Part shown: positions 27,370 through 37,569 of the stretch, piece by piece | Position numbering within the stretch: position 1 is the first letter of the stretch | Layout of the letters: every line of letters begins with the position of its first letter | Source: Eubacteriales bacterium | GTDB lineage: Bacteria > Bacillota > Clostridia > Oscillospirales > CAG-272 | Assembly: GCA_051867815.1 (NCBI GenBank) | Contig: JBJDZD010000053.1 | Coordinates: forward strand, 1-57,539 | Length of the DNA stretch: 57,539 bases | Direction: 5' to 3' | The notes under the pieces: model-generated | The model's input: only the letters and a program-made list of their open reading frames with translations | The model's database searches: none | What the model was told of the DNA's origin: nothing | Position numbers and translations under genes: made by a program

Positions 27370-28659
27370 TCAGGGATGCAGACGATCCGGTCCTCTGAAG
27401 AGGAACATTGCTTCCTTGATCGGAATTCCGAGGAAGAGCATGGTCAGTCTGTCAATGCCAATGGCAAATCCGCCGTGAGGAGGACAGCCGTAGCGGAAAA
27501 ATTCGGTGTAGAACTTAACGTCCTCGCCCAGACCCTTTTCTGCGGCATTCGCGCAGAGGTGGTCGTAGCGATGCTCGCGCTGTGCGCCTGAGGTGATCTC
27601 AACGCCGCGCCAGATAAGGTCGTAGCCCTGGGGAACTCCATTCTCGTCACGCATGTGATAGAAGGGACGCTTGTCCTGTGCGAAATCGGTAACAAAGAGG
27701 AATTCGTGGCCGTAAAGCTCTTTTACGAGCTTGTGCGTCATGCGCTCGGCGTCGGTAGTCAGGTCGCCTTTTTCGCTCTCGGGGCAGGTGTAGCCGTAAC
27801 GCTCCTCGAGCAGGCGATAGATCTCGGCAACGGAGAGAACGGGGAAGGGGGTGGTGGGAACGACGGTCTCAATGCCGAAGAGACGCTGAATGTCGTCACC
27901 GAACTTTTCCTTAACTCTGCCGAGAACGTATGTCAGCATTTCTTCCTCAAGAGCCATTACGTCCTTGAAGGATTCGATGTAGCTGAATTCAAGGTCGAAA
28001 CTGGTGAACTCGGTTGCGTGCTTGTTGGTGTGGGACTTTTCCGCGCGGAAGCAGGGTGCGCACTCGAAAACTCGCTCAAGTCCGGATGCCATTGCCATCT
28101 GCTTGTAGAATTGGGGCGACTGCGCAAGGTATGCGTCGCGGTCGAAGTAGTTGAGCTTAAAGACCTCGGAGCCGGATTCGCTTGCCGCGCCGATTATCTT
28201 GGGGAAGTGAAGCTCGATGAACCTGTTCTCGAGCAAATAGTCGCGCATGGACGCCGTGATCTCGCTCTGAACGCGGAAAATCAGGCTGTTGCGCTCGGTG
28301 CGCAGATCGATCCAGCGGTAGTCAAGACGGCTGTCGATTGCGGAGTCCTCCTTAATGGGGAGGGCATCGGCAATGGATTCAACGCGGATAGATTCGGGCA
28401 GGATCTCAATGCCGCCGAGCTTGACGTAGTCGTTTGCCACTGCCTCGCCCTCGATGGTTACGACGGAATCGAGGGTCAGAGTGTCAACGATGGCGGCGAG
28501 GTCGGGATGCTCCTCCTTGACGAGCGTTACCTGAATTTTGCCGGTGATATCGCGGATGACGATGAAGGCCATCGTGCGCTTGTTGCGCAGATTTTCAATA
28601 AAACCGGCGATCTTGACCTTCTCGCCGGCCACAACGTTTGCAATATGCGTTCTTTTCAT
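27370..28659 (-). CDS. aspS: class IIb aminoacyl-tRNA ligase, most likely aspartate--tRNA ligase (type 2); Asn specificity not excluded
   Basis: 430 aa from MKRTHIANV. OB-fold N-terminus and FRAEKSHTNKHATEF (motif 2 region). C-terminus GIDRLTMLFLG...GPDRLHP. Confidence 0.75.
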   Translation of the reverse strand: MKRTHIANVVAGEKVKIAGFIENLRNKRTMAFIVIRDITGKIQVTLVKEEHPDLAAIVDTLTLDSVVTIEGEAVANDYVKLGGIEILPESIRVESIADALPIKEDSAIDSRLDYRWIDLRTERNSLIFRVQSEITASMRDYLLENRFIELHFPKIIGAASESGSEVFKLNYFDRDAYLAQSPQFYKQMAMASGLERVFECAPCFRAEKSHTNKHATEFTSFDLEFSYIESFKDVMALEEEMLTYVLGRVKEKFGDDIQRLFGIETVVPTTPFPVLSVAEIYRLLEERYGYTCPESEKGDLTTDAERMTHKLVKELYGHEFLFVTDFAQDKRPFYHMRDENGVPQGYDLIWRGVEITSGAQREHRYDHLCANAAEKGLGEDVKFYTEFFRYGCPPHGGFAIGIDRLTMLFLGIPIKEAMFLFRGPDRLHP

Positions 28660-28705
28660 TTTTACAGTCCTTTCAAAGACAAACGGATTATTTACATACA
28701 TTATA

Positions 28706-28734
28706 ATAATATCACAAAACCGATCAAAAGTCAA
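28706..28734 (-). promoter_or_regulatory. sigma-A promoter of aspS
   Basis: On the minus strand: TTGACT (28729-28734), 17-nt spacer, TATTAT (28706-28711). Confidence 0.55.
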
Positions 28735-28760
28735 TAGCTTTGTATCGAATTCACGCTTTG

Positions 28761-28797
28761 GGAAAAAGAAAAGCTCCGAGGGGAAATAACCCTCGGA
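28761..28797 (-). terminator. rho-independent terminator of the flavodiiron gene
   Basis: TCCGAGGG-gaaataa-CCCTCGGA, then on the minus strand GCTTTTCTTTTTCC. Confidence 0.75.
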
Positions 28798-28807
28798 ACT
28801 TATCGAT

Positions 28808-30121
28808 TTATGCTTTTTCGGAAAAATGGGATGCATCCATGCCGCAAAGAGGGCATTTGAAATCGCTTGGAAGCTCTTCTGCTTCAAACGTATAACCGCA
28901 AATATCGCAGGTGAATTTTTTCAAAGCCGCTTTCGGCTCTTCTGCCGCTTCGCATGCTTCTTCTTTACAAGTGCAAAGCTCCTCTGCAAGTGCGTCAAGC
29001 TGTGCCTCGCTTGCTTCGTTCAATGAGGAGGTGATCTTGACGGTCGTATCCGTATAGGTAAGGGACTTGCTCTTTTCAAGCATGGTTTTCATCACCTTTG
29101 CCGCGGTCGGTGCCCAGCTTCCGTTTTCAATGAATGCAACGGTACGGTTCTGATAATTGCGCTCGGTGAGATGCTCGATAAATTCGCGCATGAACGGGAA
29201 AATTTCACCGTTATACGTGGTGGTTGCAATAACCAGCTTGCTGTAACGGAAAGCATTTGCCACGGCACTTGACATATCTTCTCTTGCAAGATCCGTTACG
29301 ACTACATTCTTCGCACCTTTTGCAAGAAGCTTTTCTTCCAGCGCAAGCGCGGCCTTCTTGGTATTGCCGTAAACGGAAGTGTAAGCGATGAAAATTCCTT
29401 TCTCTTCAGGCTCATAGCTCGACCAGGTGTTGTAAAGATTCAAATAATAATCGAGGTTTTCGGCAAGAGCAGGGCCATGGAGAGGACAAACGGTGGCAAT
29501 TTCAAGGCCTTGCAGCTTTTTGAGAAGCGCCTGAACCTGAGCGCCGTATTTGCCGACGATGCCGAAATAATAACGTCTTGCTTCGGAAATCCAACCTTCT
29601 TCTGCGTCGAGTGCACCGAATTTACCGAACCCGTCTGCGGAAAAGAGAACTTTGTCTTTGCTGTCATAGGTCACGATAACCTCCGGCCAATGCACCATCG
29701 GCGCGGTAAAAAACTTAAGCGTATGCGTGCCGAGAGCGAGAGTGCTTCCCTCGCCGACCACCATCTGCCTTTCGCCGAAATCGCTGCCGTAGAAATTCTT
29801 CATCATGTTAAACGCTTTTGCGGAAGAAACCACGGTGGCATCGGGATAGGTATTCATAAAGCGTGCGATACCTGCGGAGTGGTCCGGCTCCATGTGCTGA
29901 ACGATCAGATAGTCGGGTGCTTTACCTGCAAGGGCTTTTTCAATATTTTCAAGCCATTCCGTTGTGAAATGCGCCTCAACCGTGTCCATTACTGCGATCT
30001 TTTCGTCCACGATGGCGTAAGAATTGTATGCCATACCGTTGGGAACGGTATATTGACCTTCAAAAAGATCAACCTTGCGGTCATTCACGCCTATATATTT
30101 TATGTCGTCAGTGATAAACAT
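28808..30121 (-). CDS. FprA-type flavodiiron protein fused to a C-terminal rubredoxin-like domain
   Basis: MBL-like HMEPDHSAG diiron motif and a flavodoxin-like middle region. C-terminus CDICG...CPLCG. Confidence 0.8.
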   Translation of the reverse strand: MFITDDIKYIGVNDRKVDLFEGQYTVPNGMAYNSYAIVDEKIAVMDTVEAHFTTEWLENIEKALAGKAPDYLIVQHMEPDHSAGIARFMNTYPDATVVSSAKAFNMMKNFYGSDFGERQMVVGEGSTLALGTHTLKFFTAPMVHWPEVIVTYDSKDKVLFSADGFGKFGALDAEEGWISEARRYYFGIVGKYGAQVQALLKKLQGLEIATVCPLHGPALAENLDYYLNLYNTWSSYEPEEKGIFIAYTSVYGNTKKAALALEEKLLAKGAKNVVVTDLAREDMSSAVANAFRYSKLVIATTTYNGEIFPFMREFIEHLTERNYQNRTVAFIENGSWAPTAAKVMKTMLEKSKSLTYTDTTVKITSSLNEASEAQLDALAEELCTCKEEACEAAEEPKAALKKFTCDICGYTFEAEELPSDFKCPLCGMDASHFSEKA

Positions 30122-30307
30122 TTTATATTCCTCCGATTTTAATTGGTATTATATTATCATATCACATTTTATCCCGAATGTCCATTGTTTTTTTAATAAT
30201 TCATAAAATGTTTTTATTTCAGTTGGCTCTCAAAGATAATGCAACGACGAAAATGCAAAACGATCGCATTTCGAAGTTATTTCGGCAATGAAAATACTTA
30301 ATTTTAC

Positions 30308-30336
30308 TTGAAAAATCCCACTTTGTGTGTTATAAT
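30308..30336 (+). promoter_or_regulatory. sigma-A promoter
   Basis: TTGAAA (30308-30313), 17-nt spacer, TATAAT (30331-30336). Confidence 0.6.
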
Positions 30337-30367
30337 TGTCTTATAATGCATATTCAGGGAGGAAATC

Positions 30368-32854
30368 ATGAAACTCAAGTCAATTGCGGCATTATTTTTG
30401 GTTTTCGTAATTATGCTCGGGGCTGTCGGCTGTACCGTTTCGGGCGGCACGGACACGACGGGCGACCAAACCACCGATACTTCGGTCGGTTCGGACGAAA
30501 CGTCTTCATCCGATACGTCCGGCTCGGACGAGACGACCGCAGAGGTCGATTCCGGCTTGCCTGAGGGTCAGCGCCTCATTTTCTTTGAGGATTTTGAGGA
30601 TGAGAGGGTTTCCGACAACTCGGACGAGGTGCTTGCATCCCTCGGATGGGTCAAGGATTCGATCGCAGGCGGAGCCTACGCCGATAACACCACGTCGTAC
30701 TCCATCGTCAGCAAGGACGGCTCAAAGCAGCTCTATCTCGTGAACAATCAGAGCGGCGGCACGGATTCGTATCTGACTATACTTTCTTCCGCTCTCATGG
30801 GTAAATACCATGCGAAGAACTATACGTATCAATACGACATAAATTACGAAAGCTCCGGGGACACGAAGCGGTATATAGCGCTTGTCAGCGAGTATAACGG
30901 ACAGTTTTACAACAGCTTCCACCTGCGGAACAACGGAACGGCGAACAACCAATGCCACGACGGCGGCTCATGGCTGACCTACGACGTAAGCGGCGAGTAT
31001 AACGCCGCGGCAACGGATGAAAACGCGATCTCCAACAAGCTCCTGGGCGTGCCGTACTCCTCGTCGGCAACTCCTCTGCAGGGCGTTTCTATCTCGATAC
31101 GCTACGTCGTTGACTGGGAAAACGGCAACAGCGTTTATCTCCGCGTCAACACCGCGGGCTACGTTAACACGGGCGAATGGATTCTCGTTTCGAAGCTCGA
31201 TAAAAGTGCCGGCGGCGCATCACGCTTCACTCCGGATGTCGGAGGAGCCGGAATCACGCTTAAGACCGGCGCAAGGATAAACGGATACGTTGATAACATC
31301 ATTATTTGGGAGGGTGTCGGCGACGAACCCGAGGACAAGAGTGCGCCCCTCTTGAATTCCAAGATGACGGAATGCTCCGGCCACGTTTTTGTCGGCTCCG
31401 GCGCCTGCAACGATCCCAATAAATGCATGTATTGCGGCATTCTGTCCGAAAACAACCGCGGCCACAATTACGTTGCGGTTGACGGCATTTCCGACCTGCG
31501 TTGCTCCGATTGCATGGGCTTCAAGAGCGCCATCGAAAGGGGCTGGCTCTTGCCGCAGGTGCCTGCCTACGTTGGCGGCGCTCAGGCATATAACGTCTAC
31601 CTTGCAGGTCACGGCATCGCGGACAGCAGCTTCAGGCTTGAGGACGATTCCAAGATGCAGATAGTCACTAAGACCAACGAAACGCATTTTGCGGCGTACC
31701 GCGATACTTTGTTAAGCTACGGTGCAACCGAGGTCTACAACTACACCTGTGACGGCAATATTTATTATCAATACGATTTCCGCGGCGAAGCGTATGTTTA
31801 CACCTACTATACCGCCTCCGTCAAGGAAGTCCGCATCATCTACGATAATCACAGCGATTGTTCTCCTCAGGATTTCGGCTACACCTACGAGAAAAAAGAA
31901 GGCGACAGTACGGTCTTTTATCAGTACGGAGTACCGATGAAGGACGGCTCCGCAGAGGACGGATACAAGATAAACCACGGCCACGTCTACGTCATGAAGC
32001 TTGCGGACAACTCCGTTTTCATCATTGACGGCGGCGGATATCAGCAGTTCGACGAGGCGCAGGCGGATAATTTCATGAAATTCCTGCGTGATATCACCGG
32101 AGTGCCGGAGGGCGAGAAGATAAAGGTGGCGGCGTGGTATATCTCGCACGGCCATCAGGACCACATGGCGGGAGTTTGCATATTCGTCAAGAAATATCAT
32201 GCCGAGGTGGATTTCGACCGTATTTTCTTCAATCTCCCCTCGAAAAACATGCCGGTGGGCGTGTTTGCCGGCGCAACGAGTCACGGCAATCTCATCGGTT
32301 ATATTGATAAATACCTTCGCGACGACGACGTTCAGTACATCAAGATCCACACGGGTCAGAACTTCAATCTCGCGGACGTTCAGGTCAAGGTACTCTATAC
32401 TCACGAGGATCTGGTTGACCCGATCACGGGTGCCAGCGAGGTTGCAAACGACTACAACAACTCCTGCTCGATAATAAAGATAATCTTTGACGGCAAGGAG
32501 CTGCTCTTCCTCGGCGACGTCAACAAGCCGGCGATGGAGATATTGATTGCCAACAACAGCGCAGAGACCATAAAATCGGACGTTATTCAGCTTGCGCATC
32601 ACGTGCTCAATGACCTTTCCAAGCTCTACGACATAACCCGGGCTTCAGTCGTTTTCTCGCCCCAGTCCTATTACGGCGCAACGCTCAACAGTACCAGAAA
32701 GAAGACTCTCGAGACTGCGCTCAAGTACGTGGAGGATGACATGATCTTCTACGCAAACGTAGCAACCTACGGCGTTGAGTTTAAGGACGGCAAGTTCCAA
32801 AAGGTCTATGAAAGTCCTACGCTTTTCGTAAAGTACACCGGCTGGAGCTGGTGA
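30368..32854 (+). CDS. secreted lipoprotein with a C-terminal metallo-beta-lactamase fold (ComEC/Rec2-related hydrolase-like)
   Basis: Lipobox LGAVGC, a S/T/D-rich linker, and the HxHxDH motif SHGHQDH. Confidence 0.65.
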   Translation: MKLKSIAALFLVFVIMLGAVGCTVSGGTDTTGDQTTDTSVGSDETSSSDTSGSDETTAEVDSGLPEGQRLIFFEDFEDERVSDNSDEVLASLGWVKDSIAGGAYADNTTSYSIVSKDGSKQLYLVNNQSGGTDSYLTILSSALMGKYHAKNYTYQYDINYESSGDTKRYIALVSEYNGQFYNSFHLRNNGTANNQCHDGGSWLTYDVSGEYNAAATDENAISNKLLGVPYSSSATPLQGVSISIRYVVDWENGNSVYLRVNTAGYVNTGEWILVSKLDKSAGGASRFTPDVGGAGITLKTGARINGYVDNIIIWEGVGDEPEDKSAPLLNSKMTECSGHVFVGSGACNDPNKCMYCGILSENNRGHNYVAVDGISDLRCSDCMGFKSAIERGWLLPQVPAYVGGAQAYNVYLAGHGIADSSFRLEDDSKMQIVTKTNETHFAAYRDTLLSYGATEVYNYTCDGNIYYQYDFRGEAYVYTYYTASVKEVRIIYDNHSDCSPQDFGYTYEKKEGDSTVFYQYGVPMKDGSAEDGYKINHGHVYVMKLADNSVFIIDGGGYQQFDEAQADNFMKFLRDITGVPEGEKIKVAAWYISHGHQDHMAGVCIFVKKYHAEVDFDRIFFNLPSKNMPVGVFAGATSHGNLIGYIDKYLRDDDVQYIKIHTGQNFNLADVQVKVLYTHEDLVDPITGASEVANDYNNSCSIIKIIFDGKELLFLGDVNKPAMEILIANNSAETIKSDVIQLAHHVLNDLSKLYDITRASVVFSPQSYYGATLNSTRKKTLETALKYVEDDMIFYANVATYGVEFKDGKFQKVYESPTLFVKYTGWSW

Positions 32855-32900
32855 GGTGCGCACCTGCGGCGTTATGATATACCGAAAGACAAATCAAACG

Positions 32901-32935
32901 GGGGGAACACGTATTTGTGTTCCCCCTGCTTTTAA
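32901..32935 (+). terminator. rho-independent terminator
   Basis: GGGGGAACAC-gtattt-GTGTTCCCCC followed by TGCTTTT. Confidence 0.75.
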
Positions 32936-34317
32936 TTCATGTTTTCGTATCCGATGACGGTCTGGAGAAGAGTCTGCGCATATATTCTAACGAAGAAGTC
33001 ATTCGGGTGGTTAATGTTATTTCCCGAATAGTCGCAAAATTCCTTATGTTCAAGCACGGCAAGACTTACCGAGGTCATACAGCAGGTGCCGCATGAAATT
33101 CCGTTTGCACGATAGTTCTTTGCAAGATTTTTCAGATAATTCTGCTGCTGATCCTGGTACCCGTACCAACCGTTTGTGGAATTCGGATTCGGGACCATGG
33201 TGGACATCAGCACAATATTTGCTTCGGGCCTGAGCTGAAGTACACCGTCAACGATTGCTTTTAAGTTGCTCCTGGTTTCTCCGGGAGCAAAGTTATCATT
33301 CATTCCGAAGGCAACGACAAACAGATCACAGCCGTGTGCCTCTATCTTATCCTTTACGAAGGTGTCGAGGTACTTAACGCCGTCAGTGGATCTCCAACCG
33401 CCTATGGAGGTATTTACGTAAGTTATTGTACCTCGATTGCCTGCAACGTAATCCTCGGCAGGTACGTTCGAGGTTGCGGCGTTGTTGTTCGGAGCGATCA
33501 GATTGGCAGCCTCATAGTGCACCGTGTATGAAAATAGGTCGGCAAGCGCTTGTACGAACATGATGGGATAGCTTGGATTATACGGTGCGTAATTGCAGAT
33601 CCAGCTTGCATTTGCTCCGTACGTTATGCTGTCACCGTAAAACATTACGGTGACGTCCTCACCGTTTTGAAGCTTCTTGATAAAGCTTGCATATACTTCA
33701 AGCTCCGAGGGTTGCATATATCCTTCCCACGTTTTATTATGTGTGTAGTTTACGCAAACCTGCCAGTTTGTCATGGCCTGACCCTCTCCCCAGTAAGTCA
33801 AGACGCGCTTACCGTCATGCTTTGTTTGAAGGATCGAGCCGGGGGCGTCGTAATATACCTCTGAGGTGATCACAGGGATTGAGGAGGTCTCGGTTACCTT
33901 AAGCATTCCGTCCTCAACCACGTAGTCCGTTCCCTCCGTGTATTTTATACTTCCGTCATAAGAGGTGACGGAAATTACGGTATCGATAGGGAAGAGGAGG
34001 CTCTTTTTATCCCCCTTGCCTATAAACATGACGGTTTCGTCCATGGTGCCATCCGTTAAAAATATCGGCTGCATAAGCTCGTCCAGAACGGACATTTTTA
34101 CGTCAAGCTTCAATTCGTCTTTAATGTTCATTTGGGTTTCCTCATCAGTTGTTTCGTTTTCCGTGTTCGAAGAGTCGTCGGGCAAATTTGCGCTCTCGTC
34201 GGAACTGTTTGTGCTGTCCGTGCCTTTTCCGTTGTCGTCGCATGCGCATAAAACGGCTGCTGATGCCAAGAGCGCGAAAGCGAGGAAAAGAGACGCTTTT
34301 TTTACGATCGTTCTCAT
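32932..34317 (-). CDS. SGNH/GDSL hydrolase lipoprotein
   Basis: Signal peptide and lipobox (AVLCAC). GDSIT block (FYGDSITYG). FGMNDN block. Confidence 0.7.
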   Translation of the reverse strand: MRTIVKKASLFLAFALLASAAVLCACDDNGKGTDSTNSSDESANLPDDSSNTENETTDEETQMNIKDELKLDVKMSVLDELMQPIFLTDGTMDETVMFIGKGDKKSLLFPIDTVISVTSYDGSIKYTEGTDYVVEDGMLKVTETSSIPVITSEVYYDAPGSILQTKHDGKRVLTYWGEGQAMTNWQVCVNYTHNKTWEGYMQPSELEVYASFIKKLQNGEDVTVMFYGDSITYGANASWICNYAPYNPSYPIMFVQALADLFSYTVHYEAANLIAPNNNAATSNVPAEDYVAGNRGTITYVNTSIGGWRSTDGVKYLDTFVKDKIEAHGCDLFVVAFGMNDNFAPGETRSNLKAIVDGVLQLRPEANIVLMSTMVPNPNSTNGWYGYQDQQQNYLKNLAKNYRANGISCGTCCMTSVSLAVLEHKEFCDYSGNNINHPNDFFVRIYAQTLLQTVIGYENMN

Positions 34318-34542
34318 GCGGATCTCCATTCATTGTTTTCAATATCCCATTTTCGGAGGATTCATATATTAAAGGATGCTTTTATTATGCAGCTGCTTTG
34401 CGTCCTTGTCAAGGTGGTTTTAACTTAATTTCGTGTTTTTGGAGCATAGATCGGATATTTCCGGTGCTTCGCAGCATTACTGCCTCGAAGCACTGTTCGT
34501 TATAGGCAAACCGCGCCCGACAAAGCCGGGCGCGGTGTTATT

Positions 34543-36255
34543 TCAGTCGATGGTCTTATCGAGGTTGTATCTCATGATCTTTTTGGATGTGTTCTTGACG
34601 AACTCTTCCTTACGGATCTTTACAAGGCCGACCTTCTTGTAGGGTGCCATGCGGCTGTTGGCGATCTTGACGTGCTCGTCGAAGTATTCCTTTATATCGG
34701 TTACGCCGTCGCCTTTAAGCTGCTCGTAGTCGGGGAATATCTCCGCAACGATAACCTCTCTTTCGGGGTTTGCCTTGCTCTCGCCTGCGTAAACGACTAC
34801 CTCAAGCACGCCGCGGATGCGCGATATTTCGGTTTCGATCTCCTCGGGATATACGTTCTTGCCGTTTGAGAAAATAATGAGGTTCTTGAGACGGCCGGTG
34901 ATGTAGAGCCAGCCGTCCTCGTCGAGCTTACCGTAGTCACCCGTGTGGAAGAAGCCGTCCGCGTCGATGACCTTTGCGGTTGTCTCAGGCTCCTCGTAGT
35001 AGCCGAGCATGACGTTTGGTCCTTTAACGCAGATCTCACCCTCGCCGTTCTCGTCGGGATTGTCGATCTTGACCTCCTCACCTATGATGGGCAGGCCGAC
35101 GCTTCCGGTCTTTTGCCACTCGTTTCTGTTGCAGCTTACGAGGGGAGAGCATTCGGTGATGCCGTAGCCGTTGAGGACGGTGATGCCGATAGCATCAAAG
35201 AAATCAATGATGTCCTGATTGAGTGCCGCTCCGCCGCTGATGATCATTTCAAGCTCGCCGCCGAAGGTCTCGTGAACCTGCGCAAAAATCTGACGGCGAC
35301 GGTCGATGCCTATCTTGCGGAGCGCATTGGAAATCTTCATGCCGGTGCGCAGCTTTTTGTCTATGCCGTTCTTTTCGGCGGTTGCCCAGATGCGGCGGTA
35401 AAGAGTTTCAACGAAGAGGGGAACGAGGATGAGGTGCTTCGGCTTCTGCTCCTTAAGCTCATTGAGCAGATACTTGACGCCCGACGTGATATAGACCTCA
35501 CAGCCCTGCGCGTAGTGGCCGATGTAGTTGACGGTCGAGCCGAAGGTGTGATGGGGAGGCAGAACGTTGAGGGTCTTGCGGGAGATGTCAAAGAGGTACA
35601 TGCCCTGCGTCATATCCGTTACGAGGTTGGTCTGCGAGAGCATTACGCCCTTGCCCTTTCCGGTGGTGCCGGAGGTGAAAACGATCGTGGCAAGGCGGTC
35701 GGGGTCGATCTCGTAGTCGTAGTAGGAATTGTCGCCTGCGGCGAATTTCTTGTTGCCCTCCTCGATGAGGGTGTCGATCGCAAGGTCATTCTCACTCAGC
35801 GGATCACCGTTTATGCAAACATAGATCTCTGCCTTGGTGTTTGCCTTGATGTAATCGAGCTTGCCTGCAATCTCGGCGCCGTAGAAAACGGCGTGGCAGG
35901 ATGCGCGCTCCATGGTAGCCGCAAGGTCGGGCGCAGGCATTTCCTTGTCAAGCGGAACGGTAACGGCGCCTATTGCCATCAGAGAGAAGTGAGAATAGAC
36001 CCATCCGATGCTTGCCGCGCCGATGATGGCTACCTTCTTGTCGCGCAGGCCGAGAGCGATCTCCTCCGTGCCGAGACCGCGGATGTTGTCGCGCGACTCG
36101 GAATACGTTACTCTGATCGTTTCTGCGTCGCGAGGATTCTTTTTATAGGAGAGTGCCGGCTTGTCCGGAAATTTTTCGGCCGACTGCTCGACCATAAATC
36201 TGATATCGCGAAAAAATGTGGTTTCATAAAGCGGATAAGGCTTTTTTCTGTTCAT
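34543..36255 (-). CDS. long-chain fatty acid--CoA ligase (AMP-binding enzyme)
   Basis: AMP-binding motif FTSGTTGKGKGV and the GDYG...GWLYITGRLK block. Confidence 0.85.
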   Translation of the reverse strand: MNRKKPYPLYETTFFRDIRFMVEQSAEKFPDKPALSYKKNPRDAETIRVTYSESRDNIRGLGTEEIALGLRDKKVAIIGAASIGWVYSHFSLMAIGAVTVPLDKEMPAPDLAATMERASCHAVFYGAEIAGKLDYIKANTKAEIYVCINGDPLSENDLAIDTLIEEGNKKFAAGDNSYYDYEIDPDRLATIVFTSGTTGKGKGVMLSQTNLVTDMTQGMYLFDISRKTLNVLPPHHTFGSTVNYIGHYAQGCEVYITSGVKYLLNELKEQKPKHLILVPLFVETLYRRIWATAEKNGIDKKLRTGMKISNALRKIGIDRRRQIFAQVHETFGGELEMIISGGAALNQDIIDFFDAIGITVLNGYGITECSPLVSCNRNEWQKTGSVGLPIIGEEVKIDNPDENGEGEICVKGPNVMLGYYEEPETTAKVIDADGFFHTGDYGKLDEDGWLYITGRLKNLIIFSNGKNVYPEEIETEISRIRGVLEVVVYAGESKANPEREVIVAEIFPDYEQLKGDGVTDIKEYFDEHVKIANSRMAPYKKVGLVKIRKEEFVKNTSKKIMRYNLDKTID

Positions 36256-36468
36256 TTTTTATTGATCCTCCGTGGATACATATTTTTCTGATTATAATTA
36301 TACAACTAATTGGAAAAATAGTCAAGAAAAAGTTGAAAAATCAACAATAATTGTTATTCGTTGCGGCAAATCGTAATCGACAAAAACCGTCACACGCCGC
36401 CCGTCTCCGACATAAAATGGTATTGAGGAGCAACGCTCTTCAAAAGAAAAATTTTTCGGAGGTCAACC

Positions 36469-36612
36469 ATGAATAACAACTGCCTTTGCGGACTTTTCAA
36501 CAACAATGAGTGCCTGATTTGGGTAATCATTGCCATTCTCGTAGTTCTTGCACTCACCTGCAACACCGGCTGCGGATGCAACTCCGGCGGCAACTACGGC
36601 TGCGGCTGCTGA
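36469..36612 (+). CDS. 47-aa Cys/Gly/Asn-rich small membrane peptide (YjcZ-like architecture); absent from the ORF track, which lists no ORF shorter than 60 aa
   Basis: MNNNCLCGLFNNNECLIWVIIAILVVLALTCNTGCGCNSGGNYGCGC. GGAGG at 36458-36462, 6 nt before the ATG. A strong terminator follows immediately. Confidence 0.55.
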   Translation: MNNNCLCGLFNNNECLIWVIIAILVVLALTCNTGCGCNSGGNYGCGC

Positions 36613-36632
36613 CACCAATAGGCGCTGAAAAG

Positions 36633-36666
36633 CCCCCGAGAGCCTCGGCTCTCGGGGGTCGTTTTA
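36633..36666 (+). terminator. rho-independent terminator
   Basis: CCCCCGAGAGCC / GGCTCTCGGGGG stem followed by TCGTTTTA. Confidence 0.75.
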
Positions 36667-36681
36667 TGTGGTTTTGCGCGT

Positions 36682-37569
36682 TTATTTATCCGCTTTTCTG
36701 AGTTTAGCGGCGTTTCTGCTGTACGCGGTGTATTCCGTGACGCCCGTGATGGTCTCACCGTCGATCTGGACGGAGCAAGGCTCGTCGAAACGAACGGTGA
36801 TCTCGTCGCCCTTGAGAAAATCTACGTACTTTGTGTGTCTTGCGTGAGTTCCCTTGAAAATTTCGGGGAATATGGCCAGGATGCGTACGCGAGATAGGTT
36901 GTGCGCGATTACGAGGGTTATCTTGCCGTCCTCACAGAGGCGGTCGTGCTCCGGCGCTATCATCATGCCGCCGCCGAAATAACGACCGTTGCATGCCGGA
37001 GCGAGCCAGACCTTCTCGTAGGTTTTGGTGACGCCGTCAACGGTTACACTCGCGCGGCGCGGCTTGTACTCGGATGCCAGACAACGCAGAGCAATGGCGG
37101 TATAGTTAATAGGTTTGTTGGTTTTTTGGCGCTCGCGGTTGCCTATCTCGCAGACAAGACCGTCGATGCCGAGGCTGACGCTGTTGACAAAGAGGCGTTC
37201 CTTGCCGTCGATGCGTACGAAGGGCAGGTCGGTTATGTATTTTGACAGGTCAAAGGGGGCGTCACCGGCACTCTTCCCGATGTCTTTAAGGAAGTCGTTG
37301 CCGCTTCCGGCACCGTAGAACCATATCTGCTGTTTGATGTTTAGGCCGCGCGTTTCGTTAACGAAATTGTGGAGCGTGCCGTCGCCTCCGGTGAGAATGA
37401 CGATGCAGTCGTCGTCGCAGGAAACGAAAAAGTCGTAAAAGCTACCCAGCGCCGCAAGATCCACGTAGCGAACCTCGCCGTCGGTCAAAATCGAACTGAG
37501 CGCGTGAGCCTGAGCCTCAGCTTTTCCGTTGTTTGCCAGAGGGTTGTATAAAACACAATAATTCTTCAC
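36682..37569 (-). CDS. diacylglycerol kinase family lipid kinase (second paralogue)
   Basis: Motifs GGDGTLHNF and GSGNDF. Probable GTG start at 37569 with a GGAGAG RBS; this matches the N-terminus of the paralogue at 8543. Confidence 0.8.
   Translation of the reverse strand: MKNYCVLYNPLANNGKAEAQAHALSSILTDGEVRYVDLAALGSFYDFFVSCDDDCIVILTGGDGTLHNFVNETRGLNIKQQIWFYGAGSGNDFLKDIGKSAGDAPFDLSKYITDLPFVRIDGKERLFVNSVSLGIDGLVCEIGNRERQKTNKPINYTAIALRCLASEYKPRRASVTVDGVTKTYEKVWLAPACNGRYFGGGMMIAPEHDRLCEDGKITLVIAHNLSRVRILAIFPEIFKGTHARHTKYVDFLKGDEITVRFDEPCSVQIDGETITGVTEYTAYSRNAAKLRKADK

Noticed and set aside
27655-28737. 360-aa plus-strand ORF opposite the tRNA ligase gene
   Set aside because: It is antisense to a clearly conserved class II aaRS and has low-complexity G/E/V/A content.
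28660-28807. Possible T-box leader upstream of the aspS-type ligase
   Set aside because: The promoter -10 at 28706-28711 leaves a leader of only about 40 nt. That is too short for a T-box, and no specifier or T-box sequence is seen. The rest of the gap is the upstream gene's terminator.
34945-36291. 448-aa plus-strand ORF opposite the acyl-CoA synthetase
   Set aside because: It is antisense to a gene with the canonical AMP-binding motif TSGTTGKGKGV, and it has no RBS or motifs.
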